Origin: Octopus vulgaris
Lineage: Eukaryota
Length of the DNA: 64,000 nt
Assembly (NCBI GenBank): GCA_951406725.2
Contig: OX597815.1
Span: 39,494,001 to 39,558,000, forward strand
Direction of reading: 5' to 3'
Part shown: one piece after another, positions 27,029-39,194 of the stretch
How positions within the stretch are numbered: the first letter of the stretch is position 1
Layout: each line of letters opens with the position of its first letter
The notes under the pieces: model-generated
Told to the model about the DNA's origin: nothing
The model's database searches: none
Seen by the model: only the letters and a program-made list of their open reading frames with translations
Position numbers and translations under genes: made by a program

Positions 27029-27029
<1 letters not shown>
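26635..27029 (+). mobile_element. Non-autonomous Helitron
   Basis: A|TCTTTATATATAAAAG start; CCCGAGCAACGCCGGG hairpin then CTAG|T. Confidence 0.8.
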
Positions 27030-27071
<42 letters not shown>

Positions 27072-27254
27072 TAACAATAATCGAAGATTGTTTGATTTCA
27101 TTATTTTTCTTCTTTTTTGCCATGTGTGAGTTACAATATTGTTGTCTGTGGATACATATTTTTGTAGAAAAAGAAATAGTAGTCTTTTGGCTGCTATTTC
27201 TAAAATTTTCGGCATGTGGTCAAGCAACTTGTTGCAAAACCCTTATTGCTATAA

Positions 27255-27618
27255 CTAGCACTATGACCCAGCAACGCCGGGTCATAGTGCTAGTGCTTGC
27301 ATATACAGCTGTGTGCATGTGCACATACACGCGAGTACTGTCCAGATCTCCGACTAATCACATACAGCTAGCTGGCATTCAATTGGCGTATCAAGTTTCG
27401 GGCATTTTGATTGGGTTTTGGATAGAAAATTCACAAAAAAGTCACTTCTATTGATTTTTTAATGGCTTTGCGGGGGGACTGGGGAAATGTAAAGATGTGC
27501 ACGACCACCATTGGACGGCTCTGAATGACCATAGAAAGTGCGAGCCCTCTAACTGAAAAATTGTGGATTTGTATAAAGGACACGCACACAGACATTTTGC
27601 CGTTTATATATAGAGAGA
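27255..27618 (-). mobile_element. Non-autonomous Helitron
   Basis: Reverse complement begins A|TCTCTCTATATATAAACGGC and ends in a hairpin plus CTAG|T. Confidence 0.75.
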
Positions 27619-27769
27619 TTATAAATAAAAAAAAAAACTTTTTGTATAAGTTTTTACCGAATATGGTTCTTTTCCATACCGAAAAACTACTAGGTGAAAT
27701 TTGTTGATTTTTATTAAATTAATTATCTTTCACCCTATATCTGTAATGTATATATATATATACTTTGTT

Positions 27770-27915
27770 AAAAAACAGCAAAAATATCACAAAAACTGTT
27801 ACTCGGAGTTTCACGTTTCCATTCGTCGGACAGTTTAGATTCTAAACAAAACTGTCCGACGAACGGAAATGTGAAATTCTGAGTAACAGTTTTTGTGATA
27901 CTTTGCTGCTTTTTA
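27770..27915. ncRNA. Inverted pair of hammerhead-like motifs (CCGACGA core)
   Basis: Plus 27848-27893: AAAACTGT-CCGACGA-ACggaaatGT-GAAATTC-t-GAGTA-ACAGTTTT; an inverted near-copy at 27792-27836. Confidence 0.5.
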
Positions 27916-28034
27916 ATAAAGGATATTACTCTACATCTGGTATGCAACTACTATTTTTTCCACCTTGTTTCGCATTTATGTGCTTACTCTGGTACATATA
28001 AATATATAAATATATATATATATATATACACACA

Positions 28035-28250
28035 TGGTTATTCAAAAAGAATGAACCGATTTCATTACGCAATATTTTTATAAAGGAAAGCAATAGAAAA
28101 CTCCAGCTAAGTCACAAGTATTTACTCACAATCAACTTTTATTTCCTGTCTTACAAGTGTTCAGTGTAGTGACCACCTGCAACACGAGCAACATCAATGT
28201 GATAATTGTATTCCTTCCAGACGCGTATCAATATATCACGATCAACAGTA
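28035..28250 (-). mobile_element. Tc1/mariner-superfamily transposase C-terminal fragment
   Basis: Reverse translation TVDRDILIRVWKEYNYHIDVARVAGGHYTEHL*, a typical GxHxEHL ending. Confidence 0.65.
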
Positions 28251-28409
28251 CTTCTTTGGCTGTCTGGTTGAATGCTTTATTGGAGTTTTTCTTTTTCCCT
28301 TCTATGTCAATATCTTCTGGAATCGCCTCAAGCAAAGTAAATTTATTCTTTAGTTCCATAATGAATTTGCTTTTGATTGTCAACTTCTTCATTCTTTGTT
28401 GTTAATATT

Positions 28410-31215
28410 ACTCGTGATGATAACTATTGGGCGTTGTTAAAATTAACCTCTAAATCTTCATAGACATGCTTGATCAAATCCCTTTGCTGTTGACTTGAAA
28501 TTGCTGAGGCATCTCTATTAACCTCTAAATCTTCATAGACATGCTTGATCAAATCCCTTTGCTGTTGACTTGAAATTGCTGAGGCATCTCTATTACATCA
28601 TCATATAATTGTCTTTGAACATTGGGGATTCTTCCATTTCCAACTTACAATAACCAAACAGAATGATATGCCAGTCGAGCTTGAGACGTGGTTTCATTAT
28701 TGCTGAGAAAGTTTGGCACTCTCATATTAGTGGTGAGATGAAGTACTTCGCATTCGTGCCAAATTACGGATTTTTTTCAAACATGCTCCAATTAGAGAAG
28801 ACTTTTGTGCTCTTCGAACCACTAGAAGAATTTGACGGAAATCACCACCTAAATTTATCAATTTGCCGCCAAAGATCAAGTCGTTGTTCATTACATCCTT
28901 CAGTGTTCGTTTCAGCGCTTCAAATAGATAACGATGACACACTAGTGCCTCGTCCCAAACAATCAAGCGTGCATCATGAAGCAAACGGCCAGTGACATTA
29001 AGAGGAGATATTTTGCATGCTGAATAACTGTTCACCGGTATGGGCTGCTTTAATCGAGAGTGAGCAGTGCGACCTGGCTTCAATAGTGTCGCAGCAATGC
29101 CTGATGATGCTGTAGTAGCTAGTTGGTTGTTTTTACGCACATAAGACAGTAATATATTAAGAAGAAAGGTTTTACCAGTACCCCCGGGTGCATCAATAAA
29201 TATCAAATCACCTTCGTTTCTATCAATTCTCTGTTGAATATTTTCAAAAATGATTCTCTGGTCATTATTTAGCATATGGATGTTAGCATTGAAACATTCT
29301 TCTGTATTTGGATCCATCTCATCTTCATGAAGTAGAACATTATTCATTCGGAGATCATGAATAGCAGCAGGCAATCCAAAAAATATTGTACTACGGTCAG
29401 CTGACCCATGCGATGATCCAGTTCACACAGCATTTCTTTCAGGGTAATATCCAAAGCTGCTTCATGAGAAAAATTCTGTTGTCTCATTTGATGGAACTAA
29501 TCCTGGCAAAGATCTTCGCGAAACGTGTTGTATAATTCTAGTGGATGGTGAGCAAAACTGAAGAATACTGACAAACAAATTTCGTAAATCATTCACTGGA
29601 CATATAGTTCTTGCCTCATTTAGACAAAGTTCCCATTCTTGATCATTTTCTAATAGATTCATCATTTGACATGCGTGCTTAAAATTTTTGCAAGCAACAC
29701 TGTTAATTGTGATTAAATTTTCAAAGCTTGCCGCTCCTGCTTTCTGTTGAAGTAATAGTCTAAGATAAAATAGCTCCCCTTGCGATGGATGTACTGCATA
29801 CATTCTACCAATAGCTTCTGGAATATCGTCACTTTGTCTAACTCTTCTCCTCCAACTTTTATTATTGTTATACCAAGTATAATGTTATGGAAAGTCACAA
29901 CAGAGGATATCTTTTGCTAGAGGATCTTCTTCATTCATCTTGAAATATGCTGTCAATTTGATCGATCTATTTTTTGCTAAAGCTTCTTGTTCATGATTCA
30001 GATTAAACACAATCATCTGTTGATATGGCTAGTGTATCGGCAAGCATTCAACAGCAGGCTACCTTTGCTGAACTGGAAACTCAAATAATCTACAGCAAGC
30101 CTCTGACGCTCCAATATAGCGGCAATTTTCGTAATTCGAATTTTCATCCATTTGATTTTCGTTGCCAACATTAAGAGCCACGCCATCTTGTCTGTGTAAA
30201 GAAACTGTCGCATGGTCAACACCTTTTAAAACGTACTTGTAAAGATATTTCACAGCCTTAATAGATGCACAGTATTCAAGATTAATATGCGCCTCGTACT
30301 TCTGCAACAACCAAGCATTATAAGGAAATGCATAACGATTATCAACAACAATTTCTCTATTTCCAGTATGAATTGAAGCTGTGAAGCCACCATCTCGAGG
30401 GTTTCGGTGATGATATTGTAGATAAAAATCATTTCCAATTAAGGTGTGTGATATGTAATCCCTTTGATATCTTTTACTACAAACACCATTATCTTTTTCC
30501 GCAGGATCCATGTATCATGTGTTTCTTCACCAAGGAATAAAGATGTGACATTAATGGGTTTTGGGGATTAGGAAGTTCAGCCGGAAGAATTTTATCAATT
30601 TTATCAATTTCTTGCCATGTGTTGTGATGATTTTGTATTATGAATAAGAAATGGCAGTGAGGTAATCCTCTTTTTTGAAATGCCACTGTGTTCACATGGA
30701 CTCCTGATTTGATATCGTGCAATAGTAGTTGTTGCTTTAATTTAAATACTCCTGAAGTGATATCTGGTCGGTCAACCGCCGTCTGGCCCACAGAAAGCTC
30801 GTTAACTATTTCATGTCATTTCGGGTTGCATGTAAAAGTCAAAAATAAAGTAGATTTGCCAAACTTTCTATGGTCATTGTATCCTGGTAGTGTTTTTGCT
30901 ATGCATCGCGGACTTCCTGTAAATGAACTTGGCAATATATATCTACGACCTGTACGATCAATATCACCTGCAAGTATAGCATCTTGTAAGTCATTATATA
31001 AATCAGCTCTTAAGTTTGCTTGATTGTTACGAACATATCGTAGACGCATAGATTGTACTTTGGCAAATTGATCTACACAGCATTGCTGAAACACACGCTG
31101 ACCTAATTGCAATATTTTTGTATATCCTGTTCTTTTCATGATGCGATAACAATAAAATTGAACTACTGAAATTTGACGGTTGTCATTTTCATTCATTAAT
31201 CCAAATGCCACTCAT
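28410..31215 (-). pseudogene. Decayed Helitron Rep/PIF1-helicase gene
   Basis: FTGSPR, FLTFTCNPK, HUH motif FQKRGLPHCH, KYLYKYVLKG, GELFYLRLLL, Walker A FIDAPGGTGKTFL, IVWDEA, GGDFRQIL across frameshifted ORFs. Confidence 0.95.
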
Positions 31216-31399
31216 CTAGGCCAGAAGGAAAAAAAATACGGGTGCAACATCGGGTCGTATGATCGATGCGAGTCACATAATATTTATAAAGATTTTTGGT
31301 TATTCTCTACTCTGAATTTTGTTACGGCCATTCGTTCTGAACAATTCGTTTCCTCATACACCAAATCTGCGATTGTTCATTGTTCCTCCTGTACGTGGA

Positions 31400-31951
31400 C
31401 AGAACTATTCCTTTCTTTCTTTCACTTTCTCTCCTTAACACCAGCAGCTTAAGAATCTACAGCATCTTGTCTTTCTATATGTCTATCTTCCCTTTCTCTC
31501 TCTCCCCTTTCTTCCTCAATATCTCTTTCCTTCTTTTTTTCTTTCTTTCTTTCACTTTCTATTTAATTCACCTCTTTTCCTCTATCTAATTACTGAAGGC
31601 TTCGGACAAACGGAACAAAACGGACGTACATAGCTGTCATTATTGTAAGGATTGAACAATTTGGTGTGTGACTTATTAATGTACACAATCAGTTTATTTG
31701 CTGTAGGTGCTGGGAAGGTACTGGAAGGAAGGGGTCGATTAAATATTATATTTTTCTTTTCTTCTATGCGTGATATTTTCTCCTTTTATCATTATCAAAG
31801 TAAATATTTCATTCAAAACGATGGATTATGTTTCAGTTACAATTTATGATATGAAATATAATTTCAAAATAGTAAAAGAAGAAGGAAAAAAATTCAGTTT
31901 CCTTTTGACGACAAACGCTGTTTCATACATACAAACATTCATATACTTCCC

Positions 31952-31997
<46 letters not shown>

Positions 31998-32404
31998 CAG
32001 CGTTCAGTATTCTCTTACACTTCCACAGTACACACTCACATGCAAACAATCAAATACGTTCCTTTTACATGCGCATATGTTCTCTCCCTTTGTCTTTGTG
32101 TTTCTCTTTCTGTCTCTCTTTTTCTCCATCCCCTTCTCAACTCCACTTCTCAACCTCCCTCTCTCTTTCTCCAACTCTAACTATAGTTTTCCCCCCTCTC
32201 TTTTATCACCCCTTCCTTCGTTATTGATATGTTGTGACGGACTGACGCTCTTCCTCAATATCTCTTTCTTTCTTCCATTCATTCTTCCTTCCTTTCTTTC
32301 TTTCACTCTCTTTCTATTTCATTCACCTTCTCTTTTCCTCCATCTGATTACTGATGACTTCGGACAGACGAACGGACGGACGAAGCTTTCGTTATATTAA
32401 AGGA
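31400..32404 (-). mobile_element. Two tandem Helitron-like 5' terminal regions
   Basis: Reverse complements A|TCCTTACAATAA (31651) and A|TCCTTTAATATAA (32404), each followed by homologous sequence (31510-31610 vs 32250-32365). Confidence 0.5.
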
Positions 32405-32780
32405 TTGGGAATCACGTCAAAGAAGAACGACAGAATTCACATATTTAAATGTTTTCTGATTACGAAGTTCTTACAATTTCTAGTTGGAGGTAATCATGTA
32501 CAGCGCTCTTTCATTCTTTTTGAAAATCGTATAGAACTACCGAATGATCGTTCACCATCTCCAGTGGTTCTGTTCCACGTATTTCGTTGTTATACGACCG
32601 CTGACCTCATGCTGAGTTCGGGTGTCTTTACACAAGTATTGTACTTTTGCTGCTAAGCTTCAAGCAGATCCTCTTCACAAGGCATTTCTTTTGTGTAAAC
32701 GGATTTAATTGCTGACGGACCAACCCCAGTAATTACAAGTTCATTAGATTGCATGTTACCAACTTCACACACACACACGA

Positions 32781-32859
<79 letters not shown>

Positions 32860-33087
32860 TATATATATATATATATATATTTCATTATGCTGTCTCTTGT
32901 GTGTATGTGTGTATGTGTGTGTGTGTGTTTTTTTGTTTGTGTATATGTGTGTATGTGATATTTTCTTTCATTAATATCAAAGTAAATATTTCATTCAAAC
33001 GATAGATTATGTTTCAGTTACAATTTATGATATGAAATAAAATTTCAAAATAGTGAAAGAAGGAGAAAAAATCAGTTGCATTTTGAC

Positions 33088-33141
<54 letters not shown>

Positions 33142-33357
33142 CATACACACATTCAAACCATTTGCGTATCAGAGCGGTGTGATGACCAATTTCTGTTAAC
33201 CTAACAAAAATCGAAGTGAACCAAAACCGGTGAGTGTGTTTACTGGCAGTATATCTCTCCCAAAGGGTAACAGTATCGGTTTCAGCACACAGTTTCAGAT
33301 AAAGTTTCTAAAAGAAATTGAAAAATGATATATATATATGGATTGATGGATGGATGG

Positions 33358-33414
<57 letters not shown>

Positions 33415-33436
33415 TGTGTGCGTGTGTGAGTATGTA

Positions 33437-33503
<67 letters not shown>

Positions 33504-33789
33504 ATATGTATATATGCATGTATGTACATATAGATGTATGTATATATAGATATGTATGTATATATGTACATGTATGTAAATATATGTGTATGTATATATG
33601 TATATGTATGTATATATATGTATATGTATATATATATGAATATGTATAGATATATATGTGTGTGTATTTATATATGAAGGGTAGATGCCCAAGGGCTGGT
33701 GGAGGGGCGAATAAGGCCAAGCTGGAGCATATAGATAGGTGGCCCAGTGGTGGTAATATAGTGGAGGGTCGAGTGAGTAGGTTTGCCGT

Positions 33790-34150
33790 TTGGAATAGCT
33801 GATCCACACGGCGAAGATTACTGTCAACATTTCATGAAATTTGACCATAAGTCGCAATAGAAGACCAAATGACCGCATGCAAGGTGATCTCTGAACGCTT
33901 TGGTTTGTCTGTAGCGAGAGGCAAAGGCCAAATAGAGCAATTAGAACTCGTGTCAACCATAAACGCCTCGTTAGATACGCGGTTTTCCTCACAAAAATGC
34001 ACGATTTGAGGATAATTGGGCGGAAGTGCCTGGCGTGGTACCAACGAAGAACGGAACTAGATGAAGAGGATTCGGTCGAACGTGAACGGGACTGGCTTCG
34101 ACTGCGACGGCGCGAAGACTTGGAGCGCCTTCCCCAAAGCGCGTCCATTT
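33790..34150 (-). pseudogene. Gypsy-type LTR retrotransposon gag end and protease fragment
   Basis: [17 protein letters not shown] (gag CWYH-like) followed by [25 protein letters not shown] (aspartic protease-like). Confidence 0.6.
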
Positions 34151-34174
34151 GTGTATATATACGTATGTATATAC

Positions 34175-34241
<67 letters not shown>

Positions 34242-34283
34242 TATATATTTATTCATATGTATATATATATATGTATATATATG

Positions 34284-34387
<104 letters not shown>

Positions 34388-34965
34388 CAGGAGTTAGATG
34401 GTGAATGTTTTATTTTTCATTCCATCGATATTTTATCTCTAATAGTGGTTCGGAATTTAACTGTCCTCTCTAGCGTGCAGTTAGTCCTATGATGGTTACC
34501 TCTTATGTCTCTAAATGCATTCTGTATTAATATGAATAATATATAATCTATTGACTAAATTTTTACACGCTAGGCCACTGGTAATGGAAATTTCTAATTT
34601 TCCCGATTAACCTTTGATATTATCAATTATTGATAATTTTGGGGATAATTTTCGAAATGAAAAAGCCGGCATATTTATTTACTGCCGACAGGGAGCTGCG
34701 CTTGCGCGGTAGATTTGAAAGATTAGAATGTATATGCACGGGGCATATACTGGATTGCATCGTGTATATATATTTAATGTAAGGTGTACCTGCTGAAGAA
34801 GTCTTCGCTAAGCAAATTATTTTATTTGCTAACAAAAAGTAAGAAACCATTGGTCCAGGAGTTAGATGGTAAATGTTTTCATTTTTCATTCCCTTCGATA
34901 TTTTATCTCTAATTTAACTGAGATCTCTAGCGTGCAGGTAGTCCTATGATGGCTATCTCTTATGT
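34388..34965 (+). mobile_element. Penelope pLTR / retrozyme-like element: 468-bp unit plus partial repeat
   Basis: 34388-34508 is repeated at 34856-34965; hammerhead motif at the unit junction. Confidence 0.65.
34789..34859 (+). ncRNA. Type I hammerhead ribozyme motif
   Basis: CCTG-CTGAAGA-[AGCAAAT/ATTTGCT hairpin; base of stem II poorly paired]-GAAACC-att-GGTC-CAGG. Confidence 0.65.
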
Positions 34966-35022
34966 GTATAAATGTACACTGTATTTATAACTATATGTAT
35001 GTATATATATATATATATATAT

Positions 35023-35078
<56 letters not shown>

Positions 35079-35252
35079 CGTATATATATATATATGTATG
35101 CATATATATATATGTATGTGTGTATATATATGTATGTGTGTATATATATGTATACTTATCTATGTATATATATATATATATGTGTATGTATATATAAGCC
35201 TGTATATATATACATATATGTACGTATATATGTATGTATATATATGTATATG

Positions 35253-35317
<65 letters not shown>

Positions 35318-35319
35318 TG

Positions 35320-35374
<55 letters not shown>

Positions 35375-35376
35375 GT

Positions 35377-36030
35377 ATAATTAATGTAGGATAAAATTTT
35401 TTTTCGGGAAAAAAATTTTATTAATGGCCAGAATATCAAAAAATACCTTTAAAGGTTAAATTTATAAATATTTACAAGATAAGGGCAGAAGAAAAATTCT
35501 AATGCCAAATATGCCGAAACAAAAAATTGTCGATAACCATTATAATTTATGCGTCTCGAAACAAACCGATAGAAATCTCTAAAAAAATTCGTTATTACCG
35601 TATTGGTCCAATTTCGGGGTTAATTCATAAGAAAATGTTCCCCTCTTCAGCGGCAAATACGCGAGATATAAGTGAAATACTTACTCATACCCATGGAAAA
35701 AGCAAGCACTAAGTCCTGAGCAGACCTAAGTACCCCAAATATATCCAAAATAGAAAAATCTTCTGCACATCTCGAGACACGTGTGATTCGAACTAGAAAC
35801 TTTCACAGAGTGATAGTATCCGGAAGTGAACACTATTCAATTTATAATTAATGTAGGATAAAATTTTTTTCGGGAAAATTTTTTTATCAATGGCCAGCAT
35901 ATCAAAAAATACCTTTAAAGGTTAAATTTATAAATAATTTATAAGATAAGGGTAGAAGAAAATTTCTAATGCCAAATATGCCGAAACAAAAAATTGTCGA
36001 TAACCATTATAATTTATGCGTCTCGAAACG
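35377..36030 (-). mobile_element. Tandem ~467-bp hammerhead-containing unit (about 1.4 copies)
   Basis: 35377-35561 is repeated almost exactly at 35844-36028. Confidence 0.75.
35595..35656 (-). ncRNA. Type I hammerhead ribozyme with canonical core
   Basis: Reverse complement TTGCCG-CTGAAGA-GGGG..CCCC-GAA-ATTGG-a-CCAAT-A-CGGTAA. Confidence 0.8.
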
Positions 36031-36180
36031 TCTCGAAACGTCTCGAATATATACATGTATGTAGGAGACCACAAGTGTACGTACGCTGCTATATGTATAT
36101 GTATGTAAGTAAATATATGTGTGTGTACATATACGCATGTATATATATATATATATATATAGATAGATAGATAGATATAT

Positions 36181-36885
36181 GAAGAGAACGTTCTAATGAA
36201 TTAACTCTGAAATCGGGTCTTCGAGATGCGTGCTTATAGTGATGAATTATATGGTTATTGACGATGTGTCTGTTTTCGGCATTTTTAGCATTGGAATTTT
36301 TTTCTTTTCCCTTGTTTATAAGTGGTTTATAAATTTAACCTTTTAGGTATTTTTTAATATGCTGGCCATTGATAGAATTTTTTTCGAAAAATTTTATCCT
36401 ATATTAGATGTAAATTTAATAGTGTTCACTTCCGGACTCTCTCACTCTATGAGAGTTTTCAGTCCGATCGCCTCGTGTCTCGAGGTATGCTGGAGAATTT
36501 CTATTTTGGATAAATTTGGGGTACTTATTCTGCTCATGACTTAGTGTTTGCTTCTTTCATGAGAATGAGTAAGTATTTCATTTATTTCTTTGCCGCATTT
36601 ATCACTGACGAAGAGAAGGTTCTTATGAATTAACTCTGAAATCGGATCCGATATGATAATAACGGAATTTTTTTAGTAATTTCTGTCGGCTTTCTTCGAG
36701 ACGTGCTCTTATATTGATGAATTATATGGTTATTGACGATGTGTCTGTTTTCGGCATATTTGGCATTGAATTTTTTTTCTTTTGACCTTGTTTATAAGTT
36801 GTTTATAAATTTAACCTTTAAAGGTATTTTTTAATATGCTGGCCATTGATAGAATTTTTTTCGAAAAAGTTTATCCTATATTAGA
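36181..36885 (+). mobile_element. Diverged tandem ~475-bp unit of the same family, opposite orientation
   Basis: ~36220-36408 is repeated at ~36695-36885; homologous to the reverse complement of 35377-36030. Confidence 0.75.
36599..36659 (+). ncRNA. Type I hammerhead ribozyme with canonical core
   Basis: TTATCA-CTGACGA-AGAG..CTCT-GAA-ATCGGATCCGAT-A-TGATAA; all stems complementary. Confidence 0.82.
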
Positions 36886-37269
36886 TATATATATATATAT
36901 GTATATGTATATATGTATGTATCTCGCACCATTCCCCTTCTTCTCTCTCTTCCTCTTGCTCCTCCTCCCCCATTCCCGTCGTCCATCTGCGACGATACTT
37001 CCGTCGTAACTGCTATCCTGTCTTTTCTCGCCCGCCTGCTAAGGCTACTGGTCGACATTCTTTCTCTCTCGTCGTCCACTATAATCCAGCGTTTGCAATA
37101 CTTTTTTCGTCTGGCGTTAACAGCCCTTCTTATCTTGTTCTCCTTGTCCTGTCTCTCACTGTTATATATTTATTTTTCCACTGTTTATATATATATTTTT
37201 TACTGTTTATATGTTTGTACTGTCGTTACTGTCTTGCTTTTTTTACCCCTCTGCGAAAAGATCTCAGAA

Positions 37270-37573
37270 TTTTAATTGATTTGCTTTTCGCAGGAAGGAA
37301 GTTTTCTTCGAAGTATACGTCTCGCTTTTATCCTTCGAAACGTTTAGTAGATGAAACCTTAGCGACTGAAGAAGGGGATTTTTCGTTGTGCTTATTGTCC
37401 TGTATCTCTCTTTTTTTTGCTTGTCTTGTTCCTTGGTTTGTGTCTATGTTTTTCGTCTCTCTATGTGTTCGACGTCTTTTTGGTGTCCTGTACACATATA
37501 TGCGTGTATATGTACATGTAGAGGTAGGTACGTACATATATGTTTATATATATGCATATGTTCTATTTTATTA

Positions 37574-37575
<2 letters not shown>
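37270..37575 (+). repeat. Dispersed repeat; inverted copies at ~8365-8526 and ~8700-9030
   Basis: TTTGGTGTCCTGTAC.CATATATGCGTGTATATGTACATGTAGAGGTAGGTACG shared with 8365-8526; the GAAACG..GTAGATGAAAC..CTGAAGAAGGGG block shared with ~8915-8965. Confidence 0.7.
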
Positions 37576-37610
<35 letters not shown>

Positions 37611-37642
37611 ATATGTGTGTGTGTATTTATGTTTATATATAA

Positions 37643-37685
<43 letters not shown>

Positions 37686-37699
37686 TGTGTACATATGTC

Positions 37700-38246
37700 A
37701 GGTCACTTTCGAGTGCTACTGGTAACATGTAACCCAGTACAACCTGTTGCATAGTTGGGTCGTCGGCGACTAAACCGGCAACCCCACCAAGCTTGTTTGG
37801 TGAGAAGAGTGTTTATTGGACACCCTCCGGGATGAAAAACAAAACCCGTCAAAGGGCGGAGGAACTCTTGAGAGTCAACAGCCATCCAATAAATGTCTTA
37901 AGGCTATATCATGCGCGGGGACAGAAATAATCGGACTGAATACCCGATCGCGCGGTTAAACCATTGTGAGTGAAGGACTCCTAGCCTTTGTTAGGGCATC
38001 CTTCTAGGAGAAGGTAACTCAGGTAACTGGGATAACTCCGACATAAAACCTGCGGCTCAGTGGTTACCGATGATGTTGACTTGTTCTTCTTTCGGATTAT
38101 GACTGCTGTTGCTTAGTGAGTGGGATTGACTCAGTGCACAGCCTTTCCTCACCTTAAAAAAAATCTTCTTGCACAGGCATTGCACGATAACAACATTGAT
38201 TAAGCTTCGTGTAATGGCCATACTCGATAACGAGGGGGCAGCCACC
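37700..38246 (+). mobile_element. GC-richer non-autonomous retroelement-like insert (possibly RTE 5'-derived)
   Basis: Discrete block between TA tracts containing CTAGGAGAAGGTAACTC; no coding motif recognised. Confidence 0.35.
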
Positions 38247-38256
38247 ATATGCATGC

Positions 38257-38324
<68 letters not shown>

Positions 38325-38351
38325 GTATATGTATGTATATATATATGTATG

Positions 38352-38401
<50 letters not shown>

Positions 38402-38847
38402 GAAAAATAAGTTCAAAGAGAAACAATTCAAACTTTTTGAGGGGTCCCAAAAGCGAGAAAGAATGATTTCTAATAAAGCAACTTTTCTGTAGATCTTCAG
38501 TATGATCGTCCATACAAATATAATTTGCAGAACTACACACCAGACATCAACACGAGGTTGAATATGTATGCAGTTCTTCCTATTACACTTGTGGTTATTT
38601 TTCGAAAGTCTTCGTAAGTAAAATTACGTAATTTGTTTATAGTGAAACATTGTTTATGATTAATCTATATTTTTGTTGCTTTTCATTCGTCTTGCCCGCT
38701 TACGTTTCTGATGTTTGCTAAATTTTCTAGAGAACAATTCTTAGTGGTAAGACCATAGTGGATCTACTTCTAGCATTAGGGTTTCCACATAGTTGTAATT
38801 CCCCCTTATATGTATGTAATATATCTATCTATCTATTTATCTATCTA

Positions 38848-38911
<64 letters not shown>

Positions 38912-39194
38912 ATCAAATATTCCTTTGAAAACAGTGTGTACTGGATGTCAGATAAATGTACTTGGTATGAGATATGTCTAAAACCTTAAAAAAGTATTTA
39001 GAGATTCAATGAGAGGGATTAAATATTAGAGAGTAAAAAGTAAGAAAAGTTATATCTTAAAAATCACAGTAGAGATAAGTGCATAATATAAGCAATATTG
39101 TATTAATAAATAAATAGATAAAATACTGCTATGATCATTAAAAATAATTTTTTAAAGTTTTGAAAGTTGATCGTTTCATGGATATACTGCCTCT

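Noticed and set aside
28255-28405. Coding-like minus-strand stretch (FIMELKNKFTLL) as part of the Helitron
   Set aside because: Resembles a LINE linker scrap; too short to classify
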